NCBI RefSeq assembly: GCF_009914755.1
Contig: NC_060932.1
Source of the DNA: the human T2T-CHM13v2.0 reference genome, Homo sapiens
Length of the DNA: 64,000 nucleotides
Strand: one strand, 5' to 3'
Shown here: positions 31,634 through 45,385 of the stretch, piece by piece
Position numbering within the stretch: position 1 is the stretch's first letter
Layout of the letters: each line of letters opens with the position of its first letter
The notes under the pieces: model-generated
What the model was told of the DNA's origin: nothing
What the model saw: only the letters and a program-made list of their open reading frames with translations
Database searches by the model: none
Position numbers and translations under genes: made by a program

Positions 31634-31992
31634 TGCCATGGTCTAAATTTTGTGCCCCCTACAATTCATATGTTGAGACCCTGACCCCCAAGGTGCCGGT
31701 ACTAAGAAGTGGGGCCTTTGGGCAGTGATAAGGTTGTGAGGGTGGAGCCCTCACAAATGGGATTTATGCCCTCATAAAAGAAACTGCAGAGAACTAGTTA
31801 AACCCTTCTACTATCTGAGGACATGGCAAGAAGCTGCTGTTCTCTGAACCTGGATAGAGGACCTCACTAGACGCTGACCAGCGCTTTCATCTTGGATTTC
31901 CCAGGCTCCAAAACTGTGAGAAATAAGTTTCTGTTGTTTATAAGCTACCAGGTTTAAGGTATTTTGTACAGCAACCCAAAGAGTCTGAGACC
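31634..31992 (+). mobile_element. MLT1A-like MaLR LTR
   Basis: TGCCATGGTCTAAAT...AATTCATATGTTGAGACCCT...AATAAGTTTCTGTTGTTTATAAGCTACC. Confidence 0.8.
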
Positions 31993-32211
31993 ATAATGAA
32001 GCCATTGGAATGGTGGGAAGGCAACTTCATGTGAGTAACTACAGTAAAGCCAGGTGCTGGTAACAGTCATGTTGCCCATAGAGCAGATCCTACTATTACA
32101 GTGCCTAGCACATTACCTGCATATGATGATATGTGATCAATTAGTTAACTGATTAGTTTATGAATCAGTCTGCCAAAAACTAGGGCAGAAATTGATAGCA
32201 CATTAAAATAA

Positions 32212-32566
<355 letters not shown>

Positions 32567-33316
32567 AGCCACTCACTGTTTTCATGTTAGGCTAAGTAAG
32601 CTTTTTTGAAGACCATTAACATAAATATACAACCTAAATGTATTTTACCTGAATAATTTTACTCATGTCCACAGCTTGTTCTTTCATAGGCTGCCATGAT
32701 GAGGAAGAACAGAGATTAGTAGTAGCACTATTCATTTCTGATATTTTTGCAGTAGTGGTTCTAATTCTCACTCCAGTTTAGAAAAGATCTGTAGGAAATC
32801 ACAGGTCTACATTTCGTCCTCTAAACTACTCTGTTGGGTAGAATTTATTTTGCAAAGACTTATGTAGGATCACTTTTTTACTACAGGTTTTGTCATATGG
32901 GATTTTTACAACCTTTTTTTCTGCTGAAACAAATGGCTTTTAATCCTTAAAAGGGCAGGGCTATATTTTCCTTCAAACATTTTTAAAATAACTTAAGAGA
33001 ATTAATTTTTAGTAATAGCAAGTGAAGAACATTTTAATCCTAGAGCTTAAGAAAGGGGAGGCCCAATAACCAGATGCTGGAAATCTATTGAGGTTTTTTT
33101 TAAATTCCAGTATCCAGACAATTGGCATGAAAATAAAGGAGCCTAGAAAAAATGTTGAAAATGAAAACAATAAAAGTGACAACTAAACATATTATTTTGT
33201 ATTTGCAAAGCACTTCCACAAATGGCCACAAATGTCATCTCTTTAAATTTTATTCCTGAGTTGAGTAGGAAATAAACCATTTGGAGATTCAAGGTTTAGC
33301 TTAAGATATGGGTGTT

Positions 33317-33426
33317 TCTTGAACCTGGGAGGTGGAGGTTTCAGTGAGCTGAGATCATGCCACTGCACTCCAGCCTAGATGACAGAGCGAGAGTTTGTCT
33401 CAAAAAAAAAAAAAAAAAAAAAAAAA
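33317..33426 (+). mobile_element. Severely 5'-truncated Alu (right-arm end)
   Basis: Poly-A tail and TSD AAGATATGG(G/A)TGTT at 33303-33316 and 33425-33438. Confidence 0.9.
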
Positions 33427-34508
33427 GATATGGATGTTGTCAATACAATCGGGGGAAAGGAATACTTTGAACTACTTTGTTGGAAGGAGTTTGAAATCGT
33501 TGAGGACTCAGCAGCATGAAGTAGAGAAATTCACAATTGGTAGAAAGGACTATTGTCCTTCAACCTTCATTAAGGTTAACTATTCAACCTTCATTAAAAA
33601 CAGAAAGTGACAATTTCACAGCAAATTCTAGAACTTTAGATCAAAAGTCAACTCAATATGGGGGATTTATATAAGAAAGAGTTAAAAAAAAGACGAAATG
33701 TAATATCTATGTTATTGCAAGTGAAAGGAAAACAGGAAGATAAATATCACAAGAAGACAAAAATGTATCTAACATTTTGGGACAAGATTGTGGGATCCAC
33801 AGAAAATTGGAACTTGGAACTTCCTGTTCCACAGAGATAAGAAATACACTTGCTTTTATCTCACTTCTCAAAAAAAGTAAGATGAATGGGGTTTTAGGCC
33901 CCAGAGAGAAATTGTAGCTGCAATCAATTGTACTATCTGAGTAAAAATTGTCCTCAGAGGAAAGTGAGTAGGGAGCTGTCTGAAGGGACAGGTTATTAAC
34001 AAAAGAGAGGGATAATGGATTGCGTTTGCAAGTGCAGTTGGGGCTAACATCAATGCCATCTTCATAGCTGGTTCAAAAAAATATTCTGGATTCTTTTAGT
34101 GTCTTGGTTCTTACCTGTTGTGGTTGCAGAAGGTATAAATGTACCCTTAAAAGAGATTAGGGAGAGAAGTGCCTCCCACAGCACCACGACCAGAAAGGGA
34201 AGAGGAAGGACAGGCAATAGCCAAGGACTCCTGGCAGTGAACTCATGTCCACATCAAGATCTAATGAGCTTGCACTCAACTCATTTCTAGCTCTGCCTTG
34301 GAAGCTGGAGCTCCTGCACTGACTATCAATGTGAGCCCCTGAGTAGGAGCAGCTTGGTAGAGTTGAAAGACCATTGATCTGGGTCAACAGACTCTGGTTC
34401 CTGTCTCAGCAGTGCTGTAATCAATCCAAGTCAAATATCATCTCTGGGACTTAATTTGCTAAATTTAAAATGAAAAGAAAAACAAAAATAGAACAATTAG
34501 ACTAGATC

Positions 34509-34746
34509 AGGATTCGGCAAACCAAAGCCTGCTTATCAAATCTGGCATACCACCTGTTTCTGTCTATACAATTGTATTGAAACTCAGCCACACTCATTCA
34601 TTTGCATATTGTCCATGAAAGAAGCTTTTGCGCTGCCTCAGGAGATCTGAGTAGTGGCCACAGAGATGTTGCAGTGGACCATGTTGCAACATTGTCCAAA
34701 ATACCTAAAATATTTACTTCTTGTTTTGGAGAGTTTGCTGACTGGC
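34509..34746. mobile_element. MER58A-like hAT MITE
   Basis: CAGGATTCGGCAAAC...CAGCCACACTCATTCATTTGCATATTGTC...GTTTGCTGAC. Confidence 0.75.
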
Positions 34747-35479
34747 ACCAGAGAAATCTATGGTCTAAAATCATCTAAAAATTTAAGCACATATGTGTGA
34801 CCACACATTTCGAAATGCCGTCTTCCCAATCTAGAACACAGCACATGAATCAGTAGGTAAACCTATCCATGTCAATTCTCAAATTTGAAATTCATTCACT
34901 TGAAAATCCAGCAATTTTTCATGCTTCATATCATATCTGGGTTTGGAATAAAGAAGTGTGAGGGGAGAAAAATTCCCTGAGCATTTTAAATCTAATTTCA
35001 CCTTTATTATGAGACTACTGAGTCTTTTCTTGAGCAAAGGAGAGAGTGTGAAATAGAATAAGGTGCTCAAAACAATAGATTAAATTTATTGAAAGGATGA
35101 GTAATTGGAGTAATGTTACAGAATATTAAGCAGATTATTTAGATAGCATATACATTTCCAGTTTGATTAAGTCAATTCACAGGCCATCAAAAAGTACACA
35201 GAAAAATAGAGGGTTTGATCCGATAGCCTTCTGCGTTAGAATGTAGTCATTTGCTCTCTTTAGCTATTTAATCTCTTCTGCATGTTCAGAGGGAGAAAAT
35301 GAGTGATGAGAGAGAGAAGTAATAAGATCATACTGCAAATCCTTACATCGATAAGATAACAGAAGGCTTTTCACACTGGCTAATATTTCATGTTGTATTT
35401 ACAGCTCTTGTCCATGTACAGATTTGGGGTCATTAACAGAGGTGTTGATCAGCAAAGTCTTAGAGTGAGTCTAGGGAAA

Positions 35480-35632
35480 TGGTTGCCAAATATATCTGGG
35501 TATTGGAACCATCAACAGAGCCTGTGCCCCAGACTTACTGAATCATGGTCTCTGGTGGTGGATCCCAGGTAGTCACAGCTTTAACTGAGTGATTAGGAGA
35601 TTCACTGTGCAGCCAGTTCGGGAACCACCAGT
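35480..35632. mobile_element. MER5A-like fragment
   Basis: CCCCAGACTTACTGAATCA...GCCAGTTCGGGAACCAC. Confidence 0.6.
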
Positions 35633-35749
35633 GAAATCCAACCCCTTCATTTATTAGTGTTGGAACCGTAACTTTCTGAAGATGTACCACTGTCCCAGCC
35701 ACTTCACCTGTATTCCCAGCTCATTTCTCTCAGAGAAAACTGCCAAGTC

Positions 35750-36192
35750 CCCACAGTGGCCTTGCATGGGCCATTTGTGATGTCACCTCTCTGACCTCAT
35801 CTCCTACTTTCCTTCACCCGGTTGTGTCTAGCTATTGCCATGCTCTTTCTCCAACACACCAAGCACACTCCTGCATCAGAGGCTGTGAATTTTCCATTTC
35901 CTGCTTTGTTCCTCCCCAATATTTGCATGAACCACTTTCCCACTTAATCTAATTTTCTGTTCAGAAGTCACTTTCACAGAAAAGTCTTCCTCAGCCACAT
36001 GTATTTTCTTCTTGGTGCTTATTATCACCTGACATTTTATATATCTATGTTTGTTTCTTGTTTGTTTCCTACTCCATTCGGTAAGCTCTAATTGAGAACA
36101 GAAAAGCTCTGTTTATTCACTGTTGTATCCCCAACATCTATATCTAGCACATCATTGATTCTCAACAACTATTTGTAAATGAATGAATAAAT
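35750..36192. mobile_element. L2 3' end
   Basis: TTCACTGTTGTATCCCCA...CTCAACAACTATTTGTAAATGAATGAAT. Confidence 0.7.
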
Positions 36193-38904
36193 GGCTCTGC
36201 TAGATTTTTGTCACCTGGATTGCCAGACCAGTGCAATAATGGAAAGCTAAGTAATGTAAAGAGCTTTGCAATCAGACAGCTCTGGCTTGCATTCTTCATG
36301 TGTGATTTTGAGCAAGTTACTGATTCTTGCTGAGCATCAGTTTTCTATGTGTAAAGTGGAGGCATGGACACTGGAGGATCATGGTGAGAATTTCATAGAG
36401 CAGGCCAATAAGACCTCCTTGGGGAAAGAAGGCTAAAGTGGGCCTCGGGTTTAGGTTTCCCCCACTGGGAGTTCCAAGGGGCTATGGAGTTGATAGGATT
36501 CCCCATTTGGGCTGCAGAGGAGCCAGAAACATGCTTTAGTTTCTTAATCCTGAAGGAGTGGGGGATTGTGTAAGCCTCATTGGTGCCCTTTTGAACCACA
36601 TTTCATCAAGATATTGTGAAATGGGGAGCAGCAGGCAGCCTTCTCTGGCCAACATGTATCAGGGCCTCGTGCTTAGTGGGATGTGCCCAGAGTAGACAGG
36701 GAATCCCTGGCAGCCTTGCATAGTCCCTCTCATGCCTTTGCTTTCATGGGGCTGGCTGGAAACAGGCCGGTAAGCCCCATGGAACTACCGGGACAAATTA
36801 CCAAGCAATCTCCCATGGCCATGTAGAACAGCCATGTAGAACAGGATGTCTCCCAAGGTAAGATTTAAGGTTTGTGGTTTGCAGAAAAGAGAAGGGAGGA
36901 AATAAAAAAGCACTGACAATCATTGAAAGCCCACGTTCTAGGTAACTGGCTACTCACTTTCACAGCCCAGTAACAATTTTGCTTAATCCTATACATCTAT
37001 AAATAGGATTATTGTCTTCATTTTCCAGATAAGGAAACAAGACTTGGCAAATGTGTAGTGTAGTGTTTGACAGTATTATGTAGTTGTTTAGCATGCACAT
37101 GAACTTGCAAGACCTTGCTCTTCCCTAATAATTCTGTCCTTTACTAATTCTGTGATCTTACAAGCTGTGCCTTATGTATTTTGTGTTCTATTTTGTAAAA
37201 CCTAATGACAACAACATAATAATACCTTCTCATAGAACAATTATTGTGATAAATTAAGCTGTTGAGAGTCAGGCACTCAACCCAACAACATGCCCATAAT
37301 GTGTACTCAATAAATGCTTGCTAGTATTTTTAATAATATTGTTAATAAAATAACCCAGCCAGAGGTAGAACCCAAGATTCCGACTCTAGTTGACCTGATT
37401 CTAAGCCAACTCTTCTACAGCAACACATCGGCCCATTGATTTAGACAGCATGGAACTCATAGCCCAGGGAATTCACACTCTTAAAGAACTTAAACAGCAC
37501 AGCTTAATATGGTCCCTTCCAAACATACGACTCAGTAATTCCAGTAGGAGGGCTAAACAACCTATTCTGAGAGGTCTCCAGGAAAGGAAGCCTGGAGTCT
37601 TCCCTGGAAACATGTTCCCTTATCGCACCTCCCTTCTCTTCAGGATGCTGAGGACCTCTGGCTCCATGGACTTCATCCTCCCATACAATTGGTTCCCCTC
37701 ACAATTAGTTTCTGGCACTGTCATCAAAGTGATCCCTCTCCAAGGACATGGAACAGGATGAAAAACAAATTGTAATTGTAAACTCGAAGTACGATCAGGG
37801 CAGGCACAGCAAAGGAGGAAGGTTACGTTGTGGGAATCAGGGGTCAACAATAAAAGCCAGCCTGCTGCCTGTCCCCACCAGGCAATTTTCTGGGCTGTTC
37901 ATGTCCCCAGTTATGCCCCCAAACATTCCCATGACAGCAATGCCTAAGGAAAATAACCTCTGAAGATTGAGCCTAAAACTAGAATCATTTTTCTCTCTCA
38001 TTCTAATTCATAGCAGGGAAGTGGACTGGCTCCTTAAATCCAGAAAGTATCAGACTTATCTGATCAAATCATTAGGGCAACTGTGTTTTCCCTCATCTCC
38101 AGACAGCATGGATGAGGAGAAGGAGCCAAAAGACACAGCATCTCTCTTCAAATGAATACTCAACTTCAAAGAAGAAAGTGACCACTGTTAAGGAGGTGAA
38201 GTCATAGCCTCGGCAAACCTTTGAAGCTGGGGGAGAAGATGTAAATTAAGCACCGACAAGCAGGGTATAAAAATAAAATCCTTGAAGGAAAAGCAAAACT
38301 GCTTTGCAATGGGTGTGAAAGTAAAGGAAGCTGGCCAAGGCCAGAGGAGGTAAACAGGGTTGCATGATGTAACCACACTAGGAAAAGGCAAACTAGTTGA
38401 GAAATATAGAGAAAATACATGGAAGTTGTAAATTGTCTATTTTATCTGAGAACTTATAAGAATCAAAGTGGAAACAAGGTCAATTTTCTTAATATTCAGG
38501 CCATTATAAACCCTTGTGGGGAACAGGAAACTTGCTTTTATTTGCTGTTTCTGCAATAGTGTTGTTTGGGTACACGACAGGACCATGGAACTCTATAATC
38601 TTGTATAGGGATACATGCCAAGTGCCATTCCTGATTCCTTTGTAGTTTTTTTTTTTTCTTATGTCTCCTATTAGTTGAATAATTCATTTTTTGTTTATTT
38701 ATTCATTCATTCAATAAACTGCTTTTGTGCTTACAGTATACCAGACACTCTACTAGATGCTAAATAAGCAAAGATGAACATGGCCTTGTCCTTACCCTTA
38801 AAGAACCATAACTCTATATAAAAACACATTTAATTTGTAAATTAGAGGACAGGATAGTTAGTTTGTGATAGAGAAAACCAAATGGTCCCAAAGGAAGACA
38901 AAGT

Positions 38905-39328
38905 ATAAAGTTTTGAAAACTATCACCCCAAAATTCACATCTACCTTGAAGTGCAAAATGGCAACTTGTTTGGAAATACGGTCTTTGCAGATGTAATTAG
39001 TTAAGGTCATAGCAGATTAGGATGTGTTCTAAATGCAATGACTGATATTCTTAAAAAGGAGAGAGCATGCACTCAGACACACACAGGGAAAAAATCCATG
39101 TGATGATGGAAGCAGAGACTGAAGCCAAGAAAAGACAAGGATTGACAGGAGCCACCAGAAACTAAAAAGAGGCAAGGAAGCATTTTCCCTAGAAAGGAGC
39201 ATGGCTCCACTGGCACTGTAATTTCAGGTTGCTAGCCTCTAGAACTATAAAACAATAAATTTATTGGTTTTCTTAAACTACCCAATTGGTGTTACTTTGT
39301 CATAGCAGCCCTAGGAAGCTAACATACA
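38905..39328 (+). mobile_element. MLT1B/C-like MaLR LTR
   Basis: CCCCAAAATTCACAT...TTTGGAAATACGGTCTTTGCAGATGTAATTAGTTAAG...GCAGCCCTAGGAAGCTAACATACA. Confidence 0.8.
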
Positions 39329-42300
39329 GGTGAAGGACATTTAAAGCTATAGTAGTAAGAGAAGAGATGTCCTAAGATGTTTCTTTGGTGACATCATGTG
39401 ATTTTTAATATGGATTTTGCTCTAGGGAATTATCTCTGTCACTGCCAATCAAGGTACCTTGCTCCACTCATCAAGGGGTGGCCCATATCCAAGCTGGAGC
39501 TTTTTGATTCTCTCTTTCTGCAGTTTGGATATTTATGCTGATCATAGCTCCCAGAAAAAAAAAAATAAATTGGCCGTTTTGCTTCCTTGATTCCAGGAGC
39601 TGTCCCAGCTCTTGTGCATCCTACAACTCAGTTCTTTGGCTTTTCCTTCTTTGTTTGCTTAAGTGAACCAAAGATGGCATTTATTGCTTGCAGCAAAGAA
39701 GTCTAACTGATATAGGACCCATGATTAATGTTCTGGTTCTTCTTTTACAGAGAACATGATAGTGTTCTCTAATTTCATCTTTTTTTCTATTTTTTTTGTT
39801 CTGTTGCAAGAACAAATCTGCTATATTTATGGCAACTTGTGGCAATAATGGAAGATTCTAAGATACATTTTTATAAACATGTTTTAGCCCTGGATAAAAT
39901 AACACCTTAATTCATCATGGTCTCTTCATCTGGAATCCCCTTTCTTTTAACCAATTTCACATACCAAAAATTATTTTTTGACCACAGAAATGCCTTAAGG
40001 GATAAATAAATAATACAGTCATCAGAGTTTAACTAAACTGGGCTTTAACTGAGGTGCCTGCAATCAATTGTATATGGTCTAAATTTGGACTTAGCCTTCC
40101 TGAGCCATGGGCTTCCCAGGTCATATCCACCAATGGGTCATTCTTGAAATCAGAAAAGTATTATATGGCAGGTACTCAGCCCAGTACCCGACATATAGAG
40201 ATGCTAAAAATATTGTTTTTCTCTCTTTCTTTCTTCTTCCAATCCTGACCCTCCAAAGGTCATCCTGACTCTTCTCAAAGCCTGTCCTTTTTTCTCAAGT
40301 GGACCTGTAGCTACAGAAAGTTGAGAATGATAATTGGATAAATGAGGACAGATGTCTCTTTAGCCCCCTTCCTCTTTAGCTTGCTGGGGTCTCCTGACTG
40401 GATTACTCTCAGCTCAAGGAACCCCTCCCTCAACCTCAAAAAGAGAAGACAAGATTCATTTTTATACAATGTTGTTTGTCAATTCAATCCAATCTCAAAG
40501 TACGTTTTGCCTTCTGAAATCTAAATGTTCACGTTTCTTTTTCCAAGGTATCTATATTCATTTAATGGGGAAAAAACAATACCTGGAGTCATTATATGTG
40601 CATCTATGTCTTTCTAAATATGCACAAGCATTTTACTTGAATATTTCCAGGTCCTGCAAGAAATTCTGAAATTGATTTTCATTTGTGTGGCTTCAGGATT
40701 CATTTCAATGGCAGCCCAAACATTCTTCCAGCAGAATGGCCATTCAGACCTGCTTAATGTTGTGAATCCATTGATATTTTTACCCTTCCAAAAGCATACA
40801 CTATTGATTCTGCCTCTCTCTTAATTGCACAGAAGAAAAACTGACTTCTCATGAACACAACTTGATATCTCATTTGATATCTTCATTTTCATACCAGTGT
40901 AACTGAGTTATCAATGTTTGCTTGGACCAGACTATTAAAACAGCCACTTGGATAGTTTGGGTTTTTAAAAAGTCTGGCAAGGTATTTGCCTCATTGTTAT
41001 TATTTGGAAATTTCTAGAAATATGTCATCTGTAATATCAGTGTACTGGCCCACCAACTGGGTTAGAAGTTTCTGTTTGATGTTCTTCCCCCAGGACTCCC
41101 ATCCTATTCTATCTTACCTCTAGGGTGGCAATGATCACATTGTCCCAGAAAAATGACCATATAACTTTATTTTTCAAACTGGAACTTTCAAGAGTGAAAG
41201 GGAGGATGGTTATTAATTAAGCTAGGAAAAGGGAATAAACTCAGAATGTCCTAAGTAAAAATAGGTCACTCTGATTTTCACCATTAGTTCAGTGCTGTGT
41301 CTCTTCCTCTAGACATTAAGCCCCTGGCCATATTTAGCTTGTTCTCTGCTCTCTCTCTAGCATCTGACATAGTACACAGGGAAGGATCTGCACTTCAGTC
41401 ATGGTCCTGTGTCATGGCAAGAACAGATAAAACAATCTCCCTCAAACTTACAACTCTTTTGTTGTAATCACTAGAATATATTATATGTTGGTATCACTCA
41501 AAGTAGCAATTGGCCAATCATCTCTTCTTTTCTGGCTAATTGCTTATCCTTCAAGACACCTGATGTCAACTGCATTGAGGTACATTCTTATATTTGTGTA
41601 GCATTCTGTCTTGATATCTTTGTGCTTGATCATGTTCTATTATAATTGTTTCTTTAATAGACAGCTGAGAACTGCTGTGAACTCCATTTCTTCTCTATAC
41701 CAGTATTTAGCTCGGAGCCTGTCACAGAATAAGGAAATAGTACATAACAACTGAATGAATGTATGTGCAGATTCGTGAATGAAAAAATGAAATATCCAGA
41801 TTGGACATTAGAATATTCTATCTGTCAACTGCTGTTTGGTTTGCCTGATACTGATTATTTGCCTACTTGGTAATATTTATATAGCTAGAATCATGGACCC
41901 ACAGACTACTATAAACTAAGAGACAATTCCAGACATTAGTAAGACAGAAAAGTTTTCTAGTATATCATAAAATATTAAATCTGATAGTAGCACTACCAAT
42001 GGCATGATATATTTAAAGGTGAACATAGAGCTAATGTTCATATAAAAATCATCCTGTGATATTTGTTGCTGCTTAACATTTTTAATTCAATTTCATGGGA
42101 GAACAAAAGAGTGATTAAGAGCTAGAAAATAGAATTCATGAGAAAAGGTTAGAGGAATTGAAATTATTTAGCCCAGAGGAAAAAAGTATATGTAGCCATT
42201 CAGTGATTCAGTGAAACCTCATTATCCAATATCAGTTTATTCAAACGATGGCATAAGTTAAACTGACAGCTATGTTTCCAATGAACAAATGACCTACCAT

Positions 42301-42698
42301 TTCTTAAAAAATAAAAAAAAAAGATAATCAGAAACCATTTAACTTAAATATCTTTTTTTTTTCTGTCTGATCTCGTCTATTTTGGATTATAAAGGATTTA
42401 TTTTACATGAAATCTTCTGGGTCACACTTTGCATGGCAGTAGAGGTAGTAGATCAGGTCAAAGTGGGTTGTGCCCCAATTTTTTTTTTTCTCTTAAGTTT
42501 CTATTTTCTAAAATGCTGTTGTGTTTTCATTCATTCAACAAGTATTTATTGAGGAACTATGCATGTCAGCGTCCATGCTAAGCACGAGGGACATAGAAGC
42601 TATGACACACAAGCTATTTGCATTATTATAAGATGTTTCAGTTAAGTTCCTCCCTTACCGAACTTAAGTGTGTTGGGAAACATTAAAAAGTCATACCC

Positions 42699-43712
42699 CT
42701 GACACAGTGAGATGGTATCTCACTGTGATTTTGATTTTCATTTCTCTAATGACCAGAGATGATGAGCTTTTTTTCATATGTTTGTTGGCTGCATAAATAT
42801 CTTCTTTTGAGAAGTGTCTGTTCATATCATTTGCCCACTTTTTGATGGGGTTGTTTGTTTTTTTTCTTGTAAATTTGTTTAAGTTCTTTGTAGATTCTGG
42901 ATAGTAGCCCTTTGTCAGATGGATAGATTGCAAGAATTTTCTCCCATTATGTAGGTTGCCTGTATACTCTGATGATAGTTTCTTTTGCTGTGCAGAAGCT
43001 CTTTAGTTTAATTAGGTCATTAAAACGTCAGGAAAAAACCGATGTTGGAAAGGATGTGGAGAAATAGGAATGCTTTTACACTGTTGGTAGGAGTGTAAAT
43101 TAGTTCAGCCATTGTGGAAGACAGTGTGGCAATTCCTCAAGGATCTAGAACCAGAAATACCATTTGACCCAGCAATTCCATTACTGGGTATATACCGAAA
43201 GGATTATAAATCATTCTACTATAAAGACACATGCACAGGTATGTTTCTTGCAGCACTGTTCACAATAGCAAAGACTTTGAACCAGCCCAAATGCCCATCA
43301 GTGATAGATGGGATAAAGAAAATGTGGCAAATATACACCATGGAATACTATGCAGCCATAAAAAAGGATATGTTCATGTCATTCACAGGGACATGGATGA
43401 AGCTGGAAACCATCATCTTCAGCAAACTTACACAGGAACAGAAAACAAAACACCACATGTTCTCACTCATAAGTGGGAGCTGAAGAATGAGAACACATGG
43501 ATACAGGGAGGAGAACATCACACACTGGGGCCTGTCGGAGGGTGGGGGGTTAGGGAAGGGATAGCATTAGGAGAAATACCTGATGTAGATGACAGGTTGA
43601 TGGGTGCAGCAAACGACCATGGCATATGTATAACTATGTAACCTGCACGTTCTGCGCATGTATCCCAGAACTTAAAGTATAATAATAATAATAGTAAAGA
43701 TATCACCCCCCA
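42699..43712 (+). mobile_element. L1PA (about PA7-8), 5'-truncated with 5' inversion
   Basis: Inverted segment 42699-43018, sense segment 43015-43693. TSD AAAAAGTCATACCC at 42685-42698 and 43713-43726. Confidence 0.95.
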
Positions 43713-43862
43713 AAAAAGTCATACCCGTAGGTTAAGGCATCTCTAAAGTACACGTATTCTTATGTTGGGGGCAAGGAAGTAGCAAATTAAGCTATTATCT
43801 GTATTGTTTATGGAATTATTTTTCAGATGGGTTCCCATTGAAGAGAAAATGGGATATAGATC

Positions 43863-43917
43863 AAATGAGCTTTGAAGGATAAGAAAAAAGAAATGAGCTT
43901 TGAAGGATGAAAAAAGG
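43863..43917 (+). repeat. ~28-bp tandem duplication
   Basis: AAATGAGCTTTGAAGGAT(AA)GAAAAAAG twice. Confidence 0.85.
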
Positions 43918-43934
43918 AATTTTTTTTAAAAAGA

Positions 43935-45385
43935 CAATCATGTTGGGAAAACTGGATATCCATGTACAGAAGAATAATAATAGACTCTTATCTAACCACT
44001 TTTACAAAAATCGACTCAAAATGGATTAACAGCTTAAATGTAACACCTGAATCTATAAAGCTACTAGAAGAAAATGTAGGGGGAAAGCTTCATTATATTG
44101 GTTTTAGGTATGACTTCAAAAGCACAGGCAGCAAAAGCAAAAATAAAGAAATGGAATTGCATCAAACTAAAAAGCTTTTGCATAGCACAAGAAACAATTA
44201 CAGAGTGAAGAGATCACCCACAGATTAGGAGAAAATATTTGCAAATCATATTGCAAGTCATAACTGTTAAAGAGCTAATATCCCAATTAGACAAGGAACT
44301 CAAAACTATTCAATTACAAGGAAACAGAGAACCCAATTTTAAAAACGGGCAAAGAACCTGAATAGACATCTCTCAAAAGACGAAATACAAATGGCCAACA
44401 GCTATATGAAAAAAATCCTTAAAATTTTTAATCATAGAAATGCAAACTAAAACCATACTAAGATATCAACTATTATATTGGCTATTATCAAACTGATGAA
44501 AGATAAGTGTTGGCGAGGATGTGGAGAAAAGTGAATCCATACACACTGTTGGTGGCATTGTAAATTAGTACAGGCATTTTGGAAAATAGTATGGAGGTTC
44601 CTCAAAAAACTAAAAACAGAATTATCCATATGATCCAGCAATCCCACAACTGGATATGTACCCAAGTAAATAGAAGTCAGTATACCAAAGGAGATACCTG
44701 CACTCCCATGTTCATTGCAGCATTATTCACAATAGCCAAGATATGAAAAAAATCTGTGTCCAAAAATGAATGAATGGATTTTTAAAATGCAGTACATCTA
44801 CACAATGGAATACTATTCTGCCTGAAAAAATAAAACAGGAAATTCTATCATTTACAACAGTCACACTTGAAGGATATTACGTTAAGTGAAATAAGCCAGG
44901 CACACTTACATGTGGAAGCTAAAAAAACGGGACTCATAGAAGTAGAGAGTAGAACTGTGGTTATCAGAGGCAGGTGGGGGCTAGGAGGGTAGTGTATGGG
45001 GAGATGATGGTCAGCAGGAGATGTTGGTCAACAGGTCCAAAGTTACAATGTTAGGTTTGTGCAACAGTAATTGCATTTTTGCCATTAAAAGTAATGACAA
45101 AACGCATTTATCCACTTGCTTCAAATCATAATTGCTAGGAGGAATAAGTTCTAGAGTTCTATTGCAATGCGAGATGACTATAATTAATAATAATGTATAT
45201 TTCAAAATAGCTAAGAGATATGACTTTCGATGTTCTCACCCTAAAGAAATGATTAATCTTTGAGATGGTGAATATGCTAATTACCTTGATTTATCTTGCT
45301 ATCTTGCAGTGCTTACATGCGTCAAAAATCACATTGTACTTTATAAATATATAGTTGTCAACTAAAAATTAATTTTTAAAAATAT
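43935..45385 (+). mobile_element. L1MA-type 3' fragment
   Basis: Degenerate ORF2 C-terminus (KIDSKWINSLNVTPESIKLLEEN) and L1MA 3'UTR. Confidence 0.88.
45051..45106. mobile_element. Truncated MADE1 mariner MITE inside the L1MA
   Basis: TTAGGTTTGTGCAACAGTAATTGCATTTTTGCCATTAAAAGTAATGACAAAACGCA matches the left TIR, loop and part of the right TIR. Confidence 0.8.

Noticed and set aside
37541-37554. Possible CTCF site CCAGTAGGAGGGC
   Set aside because: Mismatches at key core positions; cannot be supported without ChIP data.
45051-45106. miR-548-type pre-miRNA
   Set aside because: The right arm of the MADE1 palindrome is mostly missing, so the long hairpin cannot form.
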